From Pelagomonas calceolata (lineage: Eukaryota): DNA of 64,000 bases. Position numbers and translations under genes: made by a program. The notes under the pieces are model-generated. The model did no database searches. It saw nothing but the letters and a program-made list of their open reading frames with translations, and was not told the DNA's origin. The DNA lies in assembly GCA_918797485.1 (NCBI GenBank), contig CAKKNE010000002.1, positions 4,712,001 to 4,776,000 of the forward strand. The letters are read 5' to 3'. Of the stretch, positions 40,534-50,642 are shown piece by piece (within the stretch, counting starts at the first letter, position 1; each line of letters opens with the position of its first letter).

Positions 40534-41799
40534 CTACTTAACAACAACACTGAAGTCCCACGTGATGCACACGTTCAGGAGGACGCTCTGGGGGGCGACG
40601 GGCTCGGCCGCGGCCGAGGGCGCCGTGCGGTCCAGGAGCCCGTGGCCGACGCCGACCTGCAGGGCGATCATGGCGACCCACGTCGCCGCCGCATAGATCG
40701 GCGAAATGTGCAGGTCGGCGGCCATCGCAAGCTGCGGCGGCGCGAGCCAGACCGTATGTGGAGGCCGCGCCGCCGCCGTGCCGAGGGCCACGCAGACCTG
40801 GAGCGCCCAGACTACCACGGGTCCGCAGCACTGCCGCAGGACCGCGAGGAACGCGACCCACTCGATCGGCGAGAGGAGCGCGTGGAGCCATTTGTTTGCC
40901 GCTCCCGGATGCGCCGCGGCGTATTTTCTCCTTTCTTCCGCGTAGGCGTCGCGCCAGCGCTGGAGCGGCGAGCGCCGCGGCAGCGCCAGCAGCGCGTCGA
41001 GTTCTTTAGAAACGCAGAGCCCGTCGTTCGTCCAGGCCGAGACGGCGGCGGCGGCCGTTTTGGCCGCCTCCGTAGCGTTCGCCGTCGCGACGCCGACGTG
41101 CGCGGCGCGGAGCATCGCCGCGTCGTTGTGGCCGTCCCCGATTGCTACCGTCGCCGTCCGTAGCATCTCGTCGCCGAGGACGCGGCGCAGAGCCGTGGCC
41201 TTGTCGACCCCTCTCGAGACGAACTCGACGTGGATCTCGGCTTCCACAACGTCGAGGCCGTCGGGGAGCCGTACGTCATGCGCCGTCGCCGCTGGATCGT
41301 CGCTCAGCGCGAGGACCTTGATGGCTTCACATACGTAGGGCGCGCCGTCCGCGACGACCTCCTGCGCCGATCCGGCTTTCCGATCGAGCGCCGCAAGCTG
41401 GGCGCGCTGCTTCGCATTTGTCGCGACGCCGACGCTGCGAGTCGGCAGGACCAGCGAGACCGCGCCGCCGCATTCAATGGCGGCACGATACGCTTTGGCA
41501 GCGCGCTCCTCTCCGAGCGGCTCGAGGAAGCGTGTTACTGGCGCAGTGTGCGGCCGCAGCGTCGCACAGGACGCGCCGTTGAACAAAATGCACGTGACGG
41601 GCGCGCCGAGCGCATCCACAAAAGGCTGGACGTCCCAGGTCGGCCGGCCCGTGGCGAATATGAGGCGTACCGCTCTGCTGGCGCGGCGCAGCGCCGCGAG
41701 AGTTGCGGGTGCCAGCTTGTGGTCCGCGTCGAGCGTCGTGCCGTCGAGGTCTAGAGCTACTACGGCTGGGCGTACTTTTAGCAGGGCGGCTGCGGCCAT
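40534..41799 (-). CDS. Cof-type HAD phosphatase fused to Mpo1/DUF962-like membrane domain
   Basis: DLDGT, ATGR, NGA, VDKATAL, GDGHND (HAD IIB); YAAAH...NKWLH and QVGVGH in a hydrophobic C-terminus. Confidence 0.75.
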   Translation of the reverse strand: MAAAALLKVRPAVVALDLDGTTLDADHKLAPATLAALRRASRAVRLIFATGRPTWDVQPFVDALGAPVTCILFNGASCATLRPHTAPVTRFLEPLGEERAAKAYRAAIECGGAVSLVLPTRSVGVATNAKQRAQLAALDRKAGSAQEVVADGAPYVCEAIKVLALSDDPAATAHDVRLPDGLDVVEAEIHVEFVSRGVDKATALRRVLGDEMLRTATVAIGDGHNDAAMLRAAHVGVATANATEAAKTAAAAVSAWTNDGLCVSKELDALLALPRRSPLQRWRDAYAEERRKYAAAHPGAANKWLHALLSPIEWVAFLAVLRQCCGPVVVWALQVCVALGTAAARPPHTVWLAPPQLAMAADLHISPIYAAATWVAMIALQVGVGHGLLDRTAPSAAAEPVAPQSVLLNVCITWDFSVVVK

Positions 41800-42343
41800 T
41801 CTTTAGCGCTGCGGTTGCGTGTGCTGCTCTACTTTGGGAGAGCACCTCCTGAACTCGATGTCAAGTGCAGCTCGCAGCCCAAAACTTGCAGCACTGAAAG
41901 CACGCGTTACGAAGACAATGATAACGGCTTGAAATAGCTGAATTCACGACAGCGGCAGCGGCAGCCGCGTCAAAGCCGCGCCGAGCTGCATGCAGAGCTC
42001 GGGTTTTTACGAATCTCCAGGTGCGTTTTCTTCGCCAGCAGAGCCCTTCCAGCCCTCGTGCTGCCGCAGCACACGCGAAGAGACGGATGCGGCTGGCCAT
42101 AGAATTTTTTTTTTTAGCAAAAAACATCTCGCGGCTTCCTCTTGCGGGAGCGTGCGCAGCGGTGGAGCAGCCGCCAAGCGCAGTGTGCTGCGGAATTGCA
42201 GCGCTGCAAGCGGCCCAAAGAGCTAGCGCCGAAGCGCTGCGGCCGTGGCGCAAGGCGTGACCCGACCGCCTCACAACAGGTGGCCTGAGCGCCCAGCCGG
42301 GACGCGGCGCGCGGGAGCAAGTTACGCAGCGGAATAATTCATC

Positions 42344-45300
42344 ATGGCGCAGCAAATACCCTTAACGTTTAGCGAGGTGCTCAACCTGCCGAGCCTGGGC
42401 GTCTCGGCGAACGCGATAAAATTCGGCGTACGCGACCTGAGTGAATAATGACCTTCCCGCCCGCGCCGCGCCGCCTTAGCTGTTTCCCCGTATTATCGAT
42501 CCGAACGCCCCGCGCGCGCCGCGCCGTTTCGCACCGTCGCGCGCGAAACCCCCGCGGAACGCCCACGCCTCGTTTCCTCACACAGTCCTGCGCCATGGAG
42601 TCCGACGCCTTCGTGAGCGTCTGCGACGGCTCGTCCGGCCAGCCCCAGGTTTTTATTGTGGACCTCAAGAACGGCAACCAGGTCATGAAGCGGCCGATGT
42701 CTGCTGAAGCCGCGATCATGAACCCGGTGAGCAAGATCCTGGCCTTGCGGGCGGGCCAACAACTACAAATCTTCAATCTGGAGTTAAGAGCCAAGATGAA
42801 GAGCCACCAGATGCCCGAGGCCGTCGTCTTCTGGCGCTGGGTCTCGCCGTCGACGATCGCGCTGGTCACACCGACCGCGGTCTTCCATTGGTCGACCGAG
42901 GGGTCCTCAGCACCCTCAAAAGTCTTCGACCGCCATGCGCAGCTCGGCGAGGGCACGCAAGTCATCAATTATCAAGTAAGCCCGGACGAGAAGTGGTGCC
43001 TCCTCATGGGCATCAGTCAAGGCGGCGCCGGCGTTATTAAAGGAGCGATGCAGTTGTATTCCAGAGACAAGTCGGTCTCGCAGACCTTGCAAGGCCATGC
43101 CGGCTGCTTCCACACCATGTCCGTGCCCGGTCGAACGGACAAGGCCCAGGTCCTCTGTTTCCAGGAGAAGAAGGAAGGCCAGCCCGCGAAGCTCTTCGTC
43201 ATGGAAGTTGGTCGAGATGCGTCGGCCGGCGCGGCGTTCCGACTGGCCCCAGTGCCCATCCCGGTGCCGGGCGACGCGCAGAACGACTTCCCCGTGTCTA
43301 TGTGAGTTGCAGTGTCCGTGACGCTTACGCCATCGCCGCGCGTCGTCTCCGTCAGACGAGGTCGTTCCGAGAGGACGCGGTCACGTCGATGGCGTCTTGA
43401 GACCGCGCCGCCGCGACGGCGTCGACGCGATGCCACGTCGACGCGGCCGTATCGAGGGAGCTGCAGCATCGTAACATCGCACACACAGGCTCGCCTCGCC
43501 GAAGCACGACATCCTCTACATGGTGTCGAAGATGGGCTACCTCTACTTGTTCGACTGTCTGAGCGGCAAGGCCTTATGTAGGGCTAGAATCACGACGGAC
43601 ACCGTCTTCGTCACGTGCCCTCAAACCTCCACCGGAGGCATTCTGGGCGTCACCGCGAGAAAAGGCCAATTATTACAAGTGTCGGTCAACGAACAGACGC
43701 TCGTGCCGTACGTCGTCTCGACGCTACGAGACACGCAATTGGGAATAGCGTTAGCCGGAAGACTAGGCTTACCAGGAGCCGACGACTTGTACGCGCAGGA
43801 GTTCCAGCGCCAGCTCGCCGCTGGTGATGTCTCTGGTGCCGCAAAAACAGCGGCAGACTCGCCCAACGGCATGCTGAGAACGGCAGAAACCATCCAAAGG
43901 TTCCAGGGTTTACCAGGACAGCCGGGCCAGCCCCAGCCCGTCTTCCAGTACTTCCACCTGTTACTAGAGAGAGGCAAGCTCAATTCCTTGGAGTCGATGG
44001 AGCTTGCTAAGCCCGTCATCGCGCAGGGGCGCACGCAGTTCCTCGAGAAGTGGCTCACGGAGGACAAGTTGGAGTGCTCGGAGCAGCTCGGTGATTTAGT
44101 AGTACAATCGGATGTCAATATGGCTCTCTCAGTATACTTGAGAGCCAATGTCCCCGAGAAGGCCGTGAATTGCTTCTTGCAACGGGGCGAGTACGACAAG
44201 ATCGCGGCGTATGCCGCGAAGGTCGGCTACCGCTGCGATTATGGAGTTATGCTCGGCAACCTAGCCAGGCAGAACCCCGCTGGCGCGCTAGATTTTGCGA
44301 AACAACTTAGTGCGGGTTCATTGGTGGATCCGAACGCCGTGGTAGAAATCTTCATGGGCCTGAACCGCATCCAGGAGACGACGGCGTTTCTGTTGGAAGC
44401 TTTGAAAGGTAACAAGCCCGAAGAGGGCTACCTCCAGACCAAATTGTTAGAAATCAACTTACGAGGCGGCTCCCCACAAGTGGCCGATGCCATTCTCCAG
44501 AACGCCATGTTCACGCACTACGACCGCCAGTACGTCGCGAAGTTGTGCGAGAGCTGTGGGTTGTCTCAAAGGGCTTTAGAACACTACACGGACACGGACG
44601 ACATCAAACGGTCACTGCTCGCGATGTGCAGCAACCCGCAGCAGTTGAATCCCGAATTTGTCCTGTCCTACTTCGGTTCGCTGTCTCCTGAAGCCTCATT
44701 GGACTGTCTTCGCGAATTATTACAGCGCAACATGCGGGGCAACATGCAGATCGTTACCCAGGTCGCCGCGAAATACAACGAGCAGATCGGGGCCGAGCCG
44801 CTGGTCGAGCTGTTCGAGGGCTTCAAATGCTACGAAGGGTTGTTTTATTATTTAGGACAGATCGTGAACTTTTCTCAAGATGCTTTAGTGCATTTCAAGT
44901 ACATCGAGGCGGCGGCGAAGTGCCAGCAGTTCAAGGAGGTCCGTTGTCCGGTGTCCTGCCTACGCCATCGTCGCGTCGACTGCGTGGAGGCGGACGCGAG
45001 GGCACGCCATCGACGCGATACACACGCAGGTTGAGCGCGTCTGCCGCGATAGTACCGTGTACGACCCCGAGACGGTGAAGCAGTTCCTGATGGACGCCAA
45101 ACTGCCCGACCCGAGACCGTTGATCCACGTCTGCGATAGACATGATTTTGTGGAAGAAATGACGTCGTATTTGCACAGCAACCAGCTCCAGAAGTACATT
45201 GAGGTCTACTGCAACAAAGTCAGTCCCCAGAAGACGCCGTTAGTCGTGGGCAAACTCCTAGATCTCGACGCGAACGAGGACTTCGTGCGCGGGTTACTCA

Positions 45301-47981
45301 ACTCCGTAGGACATGCGTGTCCCGTCGAGGAGCTCGTGGAGCAGGTCGAGCGTAGGAACCGACTGAGGTTGTTACAACCGTGGCTGGAGGCGAGAATCGC
45401 CACGGGCAACCAGGAGGTGGGCACGCACAATGCTATTGGCAAGATATATGTTACACTTAACAGGGACCCCGTATCATTTTTAACAAACGACCAGTGGTAC
45501 GACCCGGCCGTGCTCGGGAAGTACTGCGAGAAGCTGGATCCGTCGCTCGCATTTATCGCGTATAAGCGGGCGGGTGGGGCCTGCGACCAGGATTTGATTC
45601 GCGTTACTACTGCTAATGGGTTGTTCAAGGACCAGGCTCGGTATCTCGTCGAGAAGCAGGACCTGGAGCTGTGGGCCACCGTGTTGACGCCGCCGGACGA
45701 AGAGCAGCCCGGGGATACCTCGGAACAGAACCGTCGCTCTCTGATCGACCAGGTCGTGCAGACGGCGCTGCCGGAGACGCGGGACCCCGACCACGTGTCT
45801 ACTACCGTGAAAGCCTTCATGGCCGCGGACTTACCTCATGAGCTCATTGAGTTACTTGAGAGAATAGTGTTACAGGGTAGCGACTTCAGTGAAAATAAAA
45901 ATTTGCAGAATTTGTTGATTTTAACCGCTATAAAAGCGGACAAGGAGCGCGTCATGGAGTACATCAACCGCCTGGACAACTTCGACGGGCCGGAGATCGC
46001 GAAGATCGCGATTAGCGACCAGTACGGCATGTACGAAGAAGGTTTTGTAATATATACAAAGTTCGCCAAGGCCGCGGCCAAGCCGGATGAGGCCACCGAG
46101 CTGAACGTTTTAGCGATGGGCGTGCTTGTTGGTGATCTGAAGGCCATGGAGCGCGCCGCCGAGTTTGCCGAAAGGGCCGACGACAAGGCCGTGTGGTCTC
46201 GGCTGGCCAAGGCGCAACTCGCTGAAGGGTTACTGGCTCCGTCAATAGCTTCTTACTTGAAGGCCGACGACCACAAGGACTGGCCCGAGGTCGTGTCTGC
46301 CGCGGAAGGTTCCGATAGCTATGAGGAGCTCGTTCCTTATCTAGTGATGGCTAGAACCCATGTCAAGGAAGCCCAACTCGACACGACCTTGATCTACGCC
46401 TACGCCAAAGCGAACAAGCTCGGCGAGCTCGAAGAGTTCATCAGTGCGCCGAACGTGGCTCGCATCGACGACGTCGGCGAGCGCTGCTTCAACGAGCAGA
46501 TGTTCTCGGCCGCCAAGTTGTTATTTGCGTCGATCAACAACAACGCGAAGCTTGCGCTGTGTTTGGTGAATCTCGAGCAGTACCGCGAAGCTGTCGACGC
46601 TGCGCATAAGGCCAACAGTGTTTCTACCTGGAAGGAGGTCAATCGCGTCTGCGTTCGAGTGGGCGAGTTCAAGCTCGCTAGGATCGCGGGCCTGCAGATC
46701 ATCGTGCACCCGGATCACTTAGAAGAGCTCACTTCACTCTACGAGCGTTCAGGCGCCACTGATGAACTCATAGAATTGATGGAGCAAGGATTAGGGTTGG
46801 ATCAAGCCCATTCGGGCGTGTTCACGGAGCTCGGCGTCCTCTACTCGAAGTACGTCCCGGAAAAGCTCATGGAGCACATCAAGATCTTCTGGAGTCGCAT
46901 GAACGCGCCCAAGGTCATGAAGGCCTGCGAGAAGGCGTTGCTCTGGGACGAGGCCGTCTTCCTGCTCAAGGAAGATGAACAATATGATAGCGCCGTGAAG
47001 ACGATGATCGCGCATCCGTCCGCGTTCTCCCATGATCTGTTCCTGGATTGCGCGCAGAAGGTGCGGAACGCCGAGGTCTACTACAAGGCCATCGCGTTCT
47101 ACGTGGAACAGCAGCCGCTGCAGCTCAACAGGCTATTGCAGGTCTTGACGCCGAATCTAGATCACTCTAGGGTCACGCATCAACTGAGAAAACTTGAGAA
47201 TTTACCTTTGGCCCTACCTTACTTGAGGGACGTCCAGAAGGAAAATCTGACGGCCGTCAACGACGCCGTGAACGAGCTCTGCGTCGACGATGAAGATTAC
47301 GACGCTCTCCGGTCGTCGATCAACGACTTCGACAACTTCGATCATATTGCTTTGGCCCAGAAGGTCGAGAAGCATGAGCTGCTCGAGTTTCGACGCATCG
47401 CGGCCACGATCTACAAGAAGCACAAGCGCTGGGAGAAGAGTATACAGTTGTCCAAAGCTGATAAGATGTACAAGGACGCGATCGACACGTGTTCAGCGTC
47501 GGGCGACCCGGCCCTCGCGGAAGATTTGTTGAGGTTCTTCGTCGATGTGTGCGACAAGGAGTGCTTCTGCGCCACACTCTATACGTGCTACAAGATCGTA
47601 ACTCCCGACGTGGCCCTGGAGCTGGCCTGGCGGTCGGATTACGTGGACTTTGCGATGCCCTATGTTATACAATATGCGAGACACCTGCACGATACGATCG
47701 CGGAGCTCGAGAAGCGCACGGCACCGAAGGAGGAGCCCACCGAGTCGGAGCAGGCCCAGGCCGCCGCGGCGGCCATGTACGGCGACCCGGCCATGGGCAT
47801 GGCCGGCGCGCCGCTCCAGATCGGCTACCAGGACCCGTCGATGGGCTACGCGGACCCGTCGCAGATGTACAACGCGGGCATGAACGGCGGCATGGCGCCG
47901 CCAATGCCTGGTACCATGCCTGGTATGCCTCCACAAATGCCGCCGCAGGGCATGTACCCGGGCCAGATGCCGCAATACTAG
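42344..47981 (+). CDS. CLTC: Clathrin heavy chain; exons 42344-42427, 42586-43301, 43489-44938, 45030-47981 (1733 aa)
   Basis: KRPMSAEAAIMNP, LQIFNLE, WLTEDKLECSE, LQNLLILTAIK, LEFRRIAA; three GT..AG introns give one continuous frame. Confidence 0.97.
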
Positions 47982-48300
47982 ACACGCGCCTTCCCTCTCC
48001 CCGTCCCCTCCCCCGCTTCGTCGTAAGCATCTATAGGCGCTATTGTTCTTACTCGAGGCTAGAGTTCCAGACGACTTCCAGACGCGTCTCGCGCAAATCT
48101 CGAAAGATCTAGGGTGAAGCCCTACTACCGCCGTAGTACCGGATTACTAGTAATCCGAGTCCCGGGCCGAGTCGATTGCGCCGTCACGTGACGGTGGAGA
48201 CTCGGACGCCTGAGCATAGAGCTATGACCCCGGAGCTATGACGTCCAGTCACTACGGTCCCCTCAGGACGCCCTCGACGCGCACCAAGACCACACAACCC

Positions 48301-48858
48301 TTACTCATCTTCATCAGGTAAATGAACTTCGACGGCCACGCGAGGCCTTCCACTATCATCCCGCAGCTCCAAGCGATGGCCGTGCGGGATCGCCCGGCTC
48401 GATTGACCGCCCGGGCCGAAGGGCACGACCGGCGCGTCGTCGTGGTGCTTCAATTCAATGACTGAATTACTTTCGAGCATCGGGTTCGAAAACGTGATCC
48501 CATAGGGCTGCTCGATGAACCGACTCGGAATGATGTGAAACCGCACGCGCCACTTCATGTCCGCGCTCCGGACCACGAACGAATCGCGGAACCGCACGAA
48601 CCGGCCCGCTTCCTCGTCCGGCCCGAGTACCGCACAGAGCGTCTCGGACATGTCCCACGTCGGTTCTGGATGCTCCATGCCCTGGTTGCCCTCGTTGCCC
48701 AAGTAGTAGAAGGCCAAATCCTCGTCCCCAATGTTGGAAACGATGATCTTGTGGTGTTTATCGACGCGAAAGTCCCGTGCCAATTCGATGTCCGCGTGGC
48801 TGGCGTGGATGTGGTCGTCGGCCGCCGCGAGGGCTGCGAGGAGGAGTATCCGCCGCAT
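48301..48858 (-). CDS. Small secreted hypothetical protein
   Basis: Signal peptide MRRILLLAALAAA followed by a beta-rich domain. Confidence 0.65.
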   Translation of the reverse strand: MRRILLLAALAAADDHIHASHADIELARDFRVDKHHKIIVSNIGDEDLAFYYLGNEGNQGMEHPEPTWDMSETLCAVLGPDEEAGRFVRFRDSFVVRSADMKWRVRFHIIPSRFIEQPYGITFSNPMLESNSVIELKHHDDAPVVPFGPGGQSSRAIPHGHRLELRDDSGRPRVAVEVHLPDEDE

Positions 48859-49049
48859 GGCTTCGTTGCAACACGTATCGCTGGGCAGCGTGCAGCAATG
48901 CGATAGCGTACGGTGGGCTGCCCCCAAAAAAAAGTCGAGCTCGACGCGTGCGTGCGGGTTCTTGAAGAACGCTCCAAAGGTCCCAACCCCTTACGCCGTC
49001 GCCGCGCCACGCATCAACTTCCACAAATATATACAACACATCCTTACCC

Positions 49050-49982
49050 TCACCGCAAAAATCCATTGTCGCGCAGCTGCATGACCATGGCCACCTGGCA
49101 GTCGAACTTGACGCGCTGGAAGGCCACGCGCGCGCGATGGCGCTCCAGGGCGTGGTAGCGCCGCCCGGCTGCGGTCTTCTCCAGAGCGTAGGCGACCGTC
49201 GTCCGGTAGTGCTCGTCCTCGAGCTTTTCTGTTAATGAAGCTGTCAACAACGCATTGGTGTCCAGCGCGAGGCGCTCCATGGCGTCGGCGGCGTCCTTTG
49301 CGGGGCCTGCTGATTGCGCGGTTGTTTTCTTCAGCGGAGGCCGCGGTAGCGTGAGGCGGGCGTTCTTCCGTCTCAAAGGTCTTGAGAGTAACGCAGAGGA
49401 CGACGTGTCGACGGGGCAGCCCCAGTTGACGACGGGGGGCAGCTTCTGTGTCGGCTTTCGTCGTCGTCGTCGCTCGGGGATCGGGCTGCACGCCGGCCGT
49501 TGTGTCAATGACGCCCGCGACTGTGTCGTGGCGTGCGACGGCTCACCTTGTGATGACGGCAGCGAGTCGAGGGACAAGCGAGAGAGGACCGTCGACTCGT
49601 CGTCTCCTATGGACAATCTACGCTGCACCTCGCTCGCGTCGTCCGGCCGCGGCTTCTCCCATTGGAGGGGAGGCCGCGTCTCGTAGTCCCGGGCGAAGGC
49701 GCGCATGGCCTCCTCGATGCTACGTCGCGTCGCGATGCGCCGCCTCGTTACGCGCTGGAGCCGCCGCGCCGCTTGCTCGGGGTCCAGCGCCGCCGCGGCC
49801 TCGGGCGGCGGCGCCGCCGCGGTCGGCAGTGGCGGTGGGGTCGCCGCGGGCGGCCTTGCGTTGGCCTTGCGCTGGCTCTGCCGGAGGAGCACCCGGCCCA
49901 GCTTGGCCCTGGCCCGGTCGCGGGCCCAGGCGTCGACGTCGAAGGCCTCGGCGGGCTGCCCCGCGGCGTCTGCTTGCTCCAT
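49050..49982 (-). CDS. Hypothetical protein with IQ-like motif
   Basis: ATG-initiated 310-aa ORF; AARRLQRVTRRR. Confidence 0.55.
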   Translation of the reverse strand: MEQADAAGQPAEAFDVDAWARDRARAKLGRVLLRQSQRKANARPPAATPPPLPTAAAPPPEAAAALDPEQAARRLQRVTRRRIATRRSIEEAMRAFARDYETRPPLQWEKPRPDDASEVQRRLSIGDDESTVLSRLSLDSLPSSQGEPSHATTQSRASLTQRPACSPIPERRRRRKPTQKLPPVVNWGCPVDTSSSALLSRPLRRKNARLTLPRPPLKKTTAQSAGPAKDAADAMERLALDTNALLTASLTEKLEDEHYRTTVAYALEKTAAGRRYHALERHRARVAFQRVKFDCQVAMVMQLRDNGFLR

Positions 49983-50253
49983 GCCTTGTCTTGTGTCGCC
50001 CCGGGGGCTTCTCCGGCGTGGCCCGAGCGCGTGGTGCTCTCCAGAGAGCTCTGGATCGAGAAGTTGTCGGACTTGTGCTCAAGCCCGATGGCTGGCTGAG
50101 GACCTGTACTGATATGTATCTACCGATCGAAGCGCCCGCGCATGCGGCGTAGGCGATTGCCCACGTCTAGTATCGACCCTAGACGCCCTCGGGGAGACCT
50201 CAGGACCACGAATCGACAGGATTCCATCGACGCGCCCGCCATGGCGGGATCGT

Positions 50254-50613
50254 CATGGCACAGAGCATCAAATCACCCTCAGAGAAGCCAGCAATTACGC
50301 ACTCACCCTGATCAAACTAGGGCGCTACGCAGAAGCCAGGGCATTTACACGCAATAGAATGCCCGTAGCCAGCCGCGTTCTCGGAGATAATAACGACATC
50401 ACGCTCAAGATGAGGAGGACTTACGCGATGGCACTTTACAGGGACGCCGGCGCCTCGCTCGACGATGTCCGCGAGGCCGTGACGACGCTCGAGGAGTCGA
50501 AACGGACCGCCCGGCGTGTTCTCGGCAGCGCCCACCCAACAGTAAGCTGGATAGAGCGGTCCCTGCGAGATGCGCGAGCGGCGCTCCGCGCCCGCGAGAC
50601 GGGGGACGCCTAA
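50254..50613 (+). pseudogene. Startless C-terminal fragment of a TPR-like helical-repeat family gene
   Basis: Reads HGTEHQITLREASNYA...RVLGDNNDITL...RRVLGSAHP; no ATG between the stop at 50112 and the start of the repeats. Confidence 0.65.
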
Positions 50614-50642
50614 GCTACTAACAGATTACACCACAATAAAAA

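Noticed and set aside
48918..49052. Intron extending the 49050..49982 gene
   Set aside because: A GTGAG donor-like site and core-like cttacgccgtcgccgcg are present, but no convincing acceptor or downstream exon
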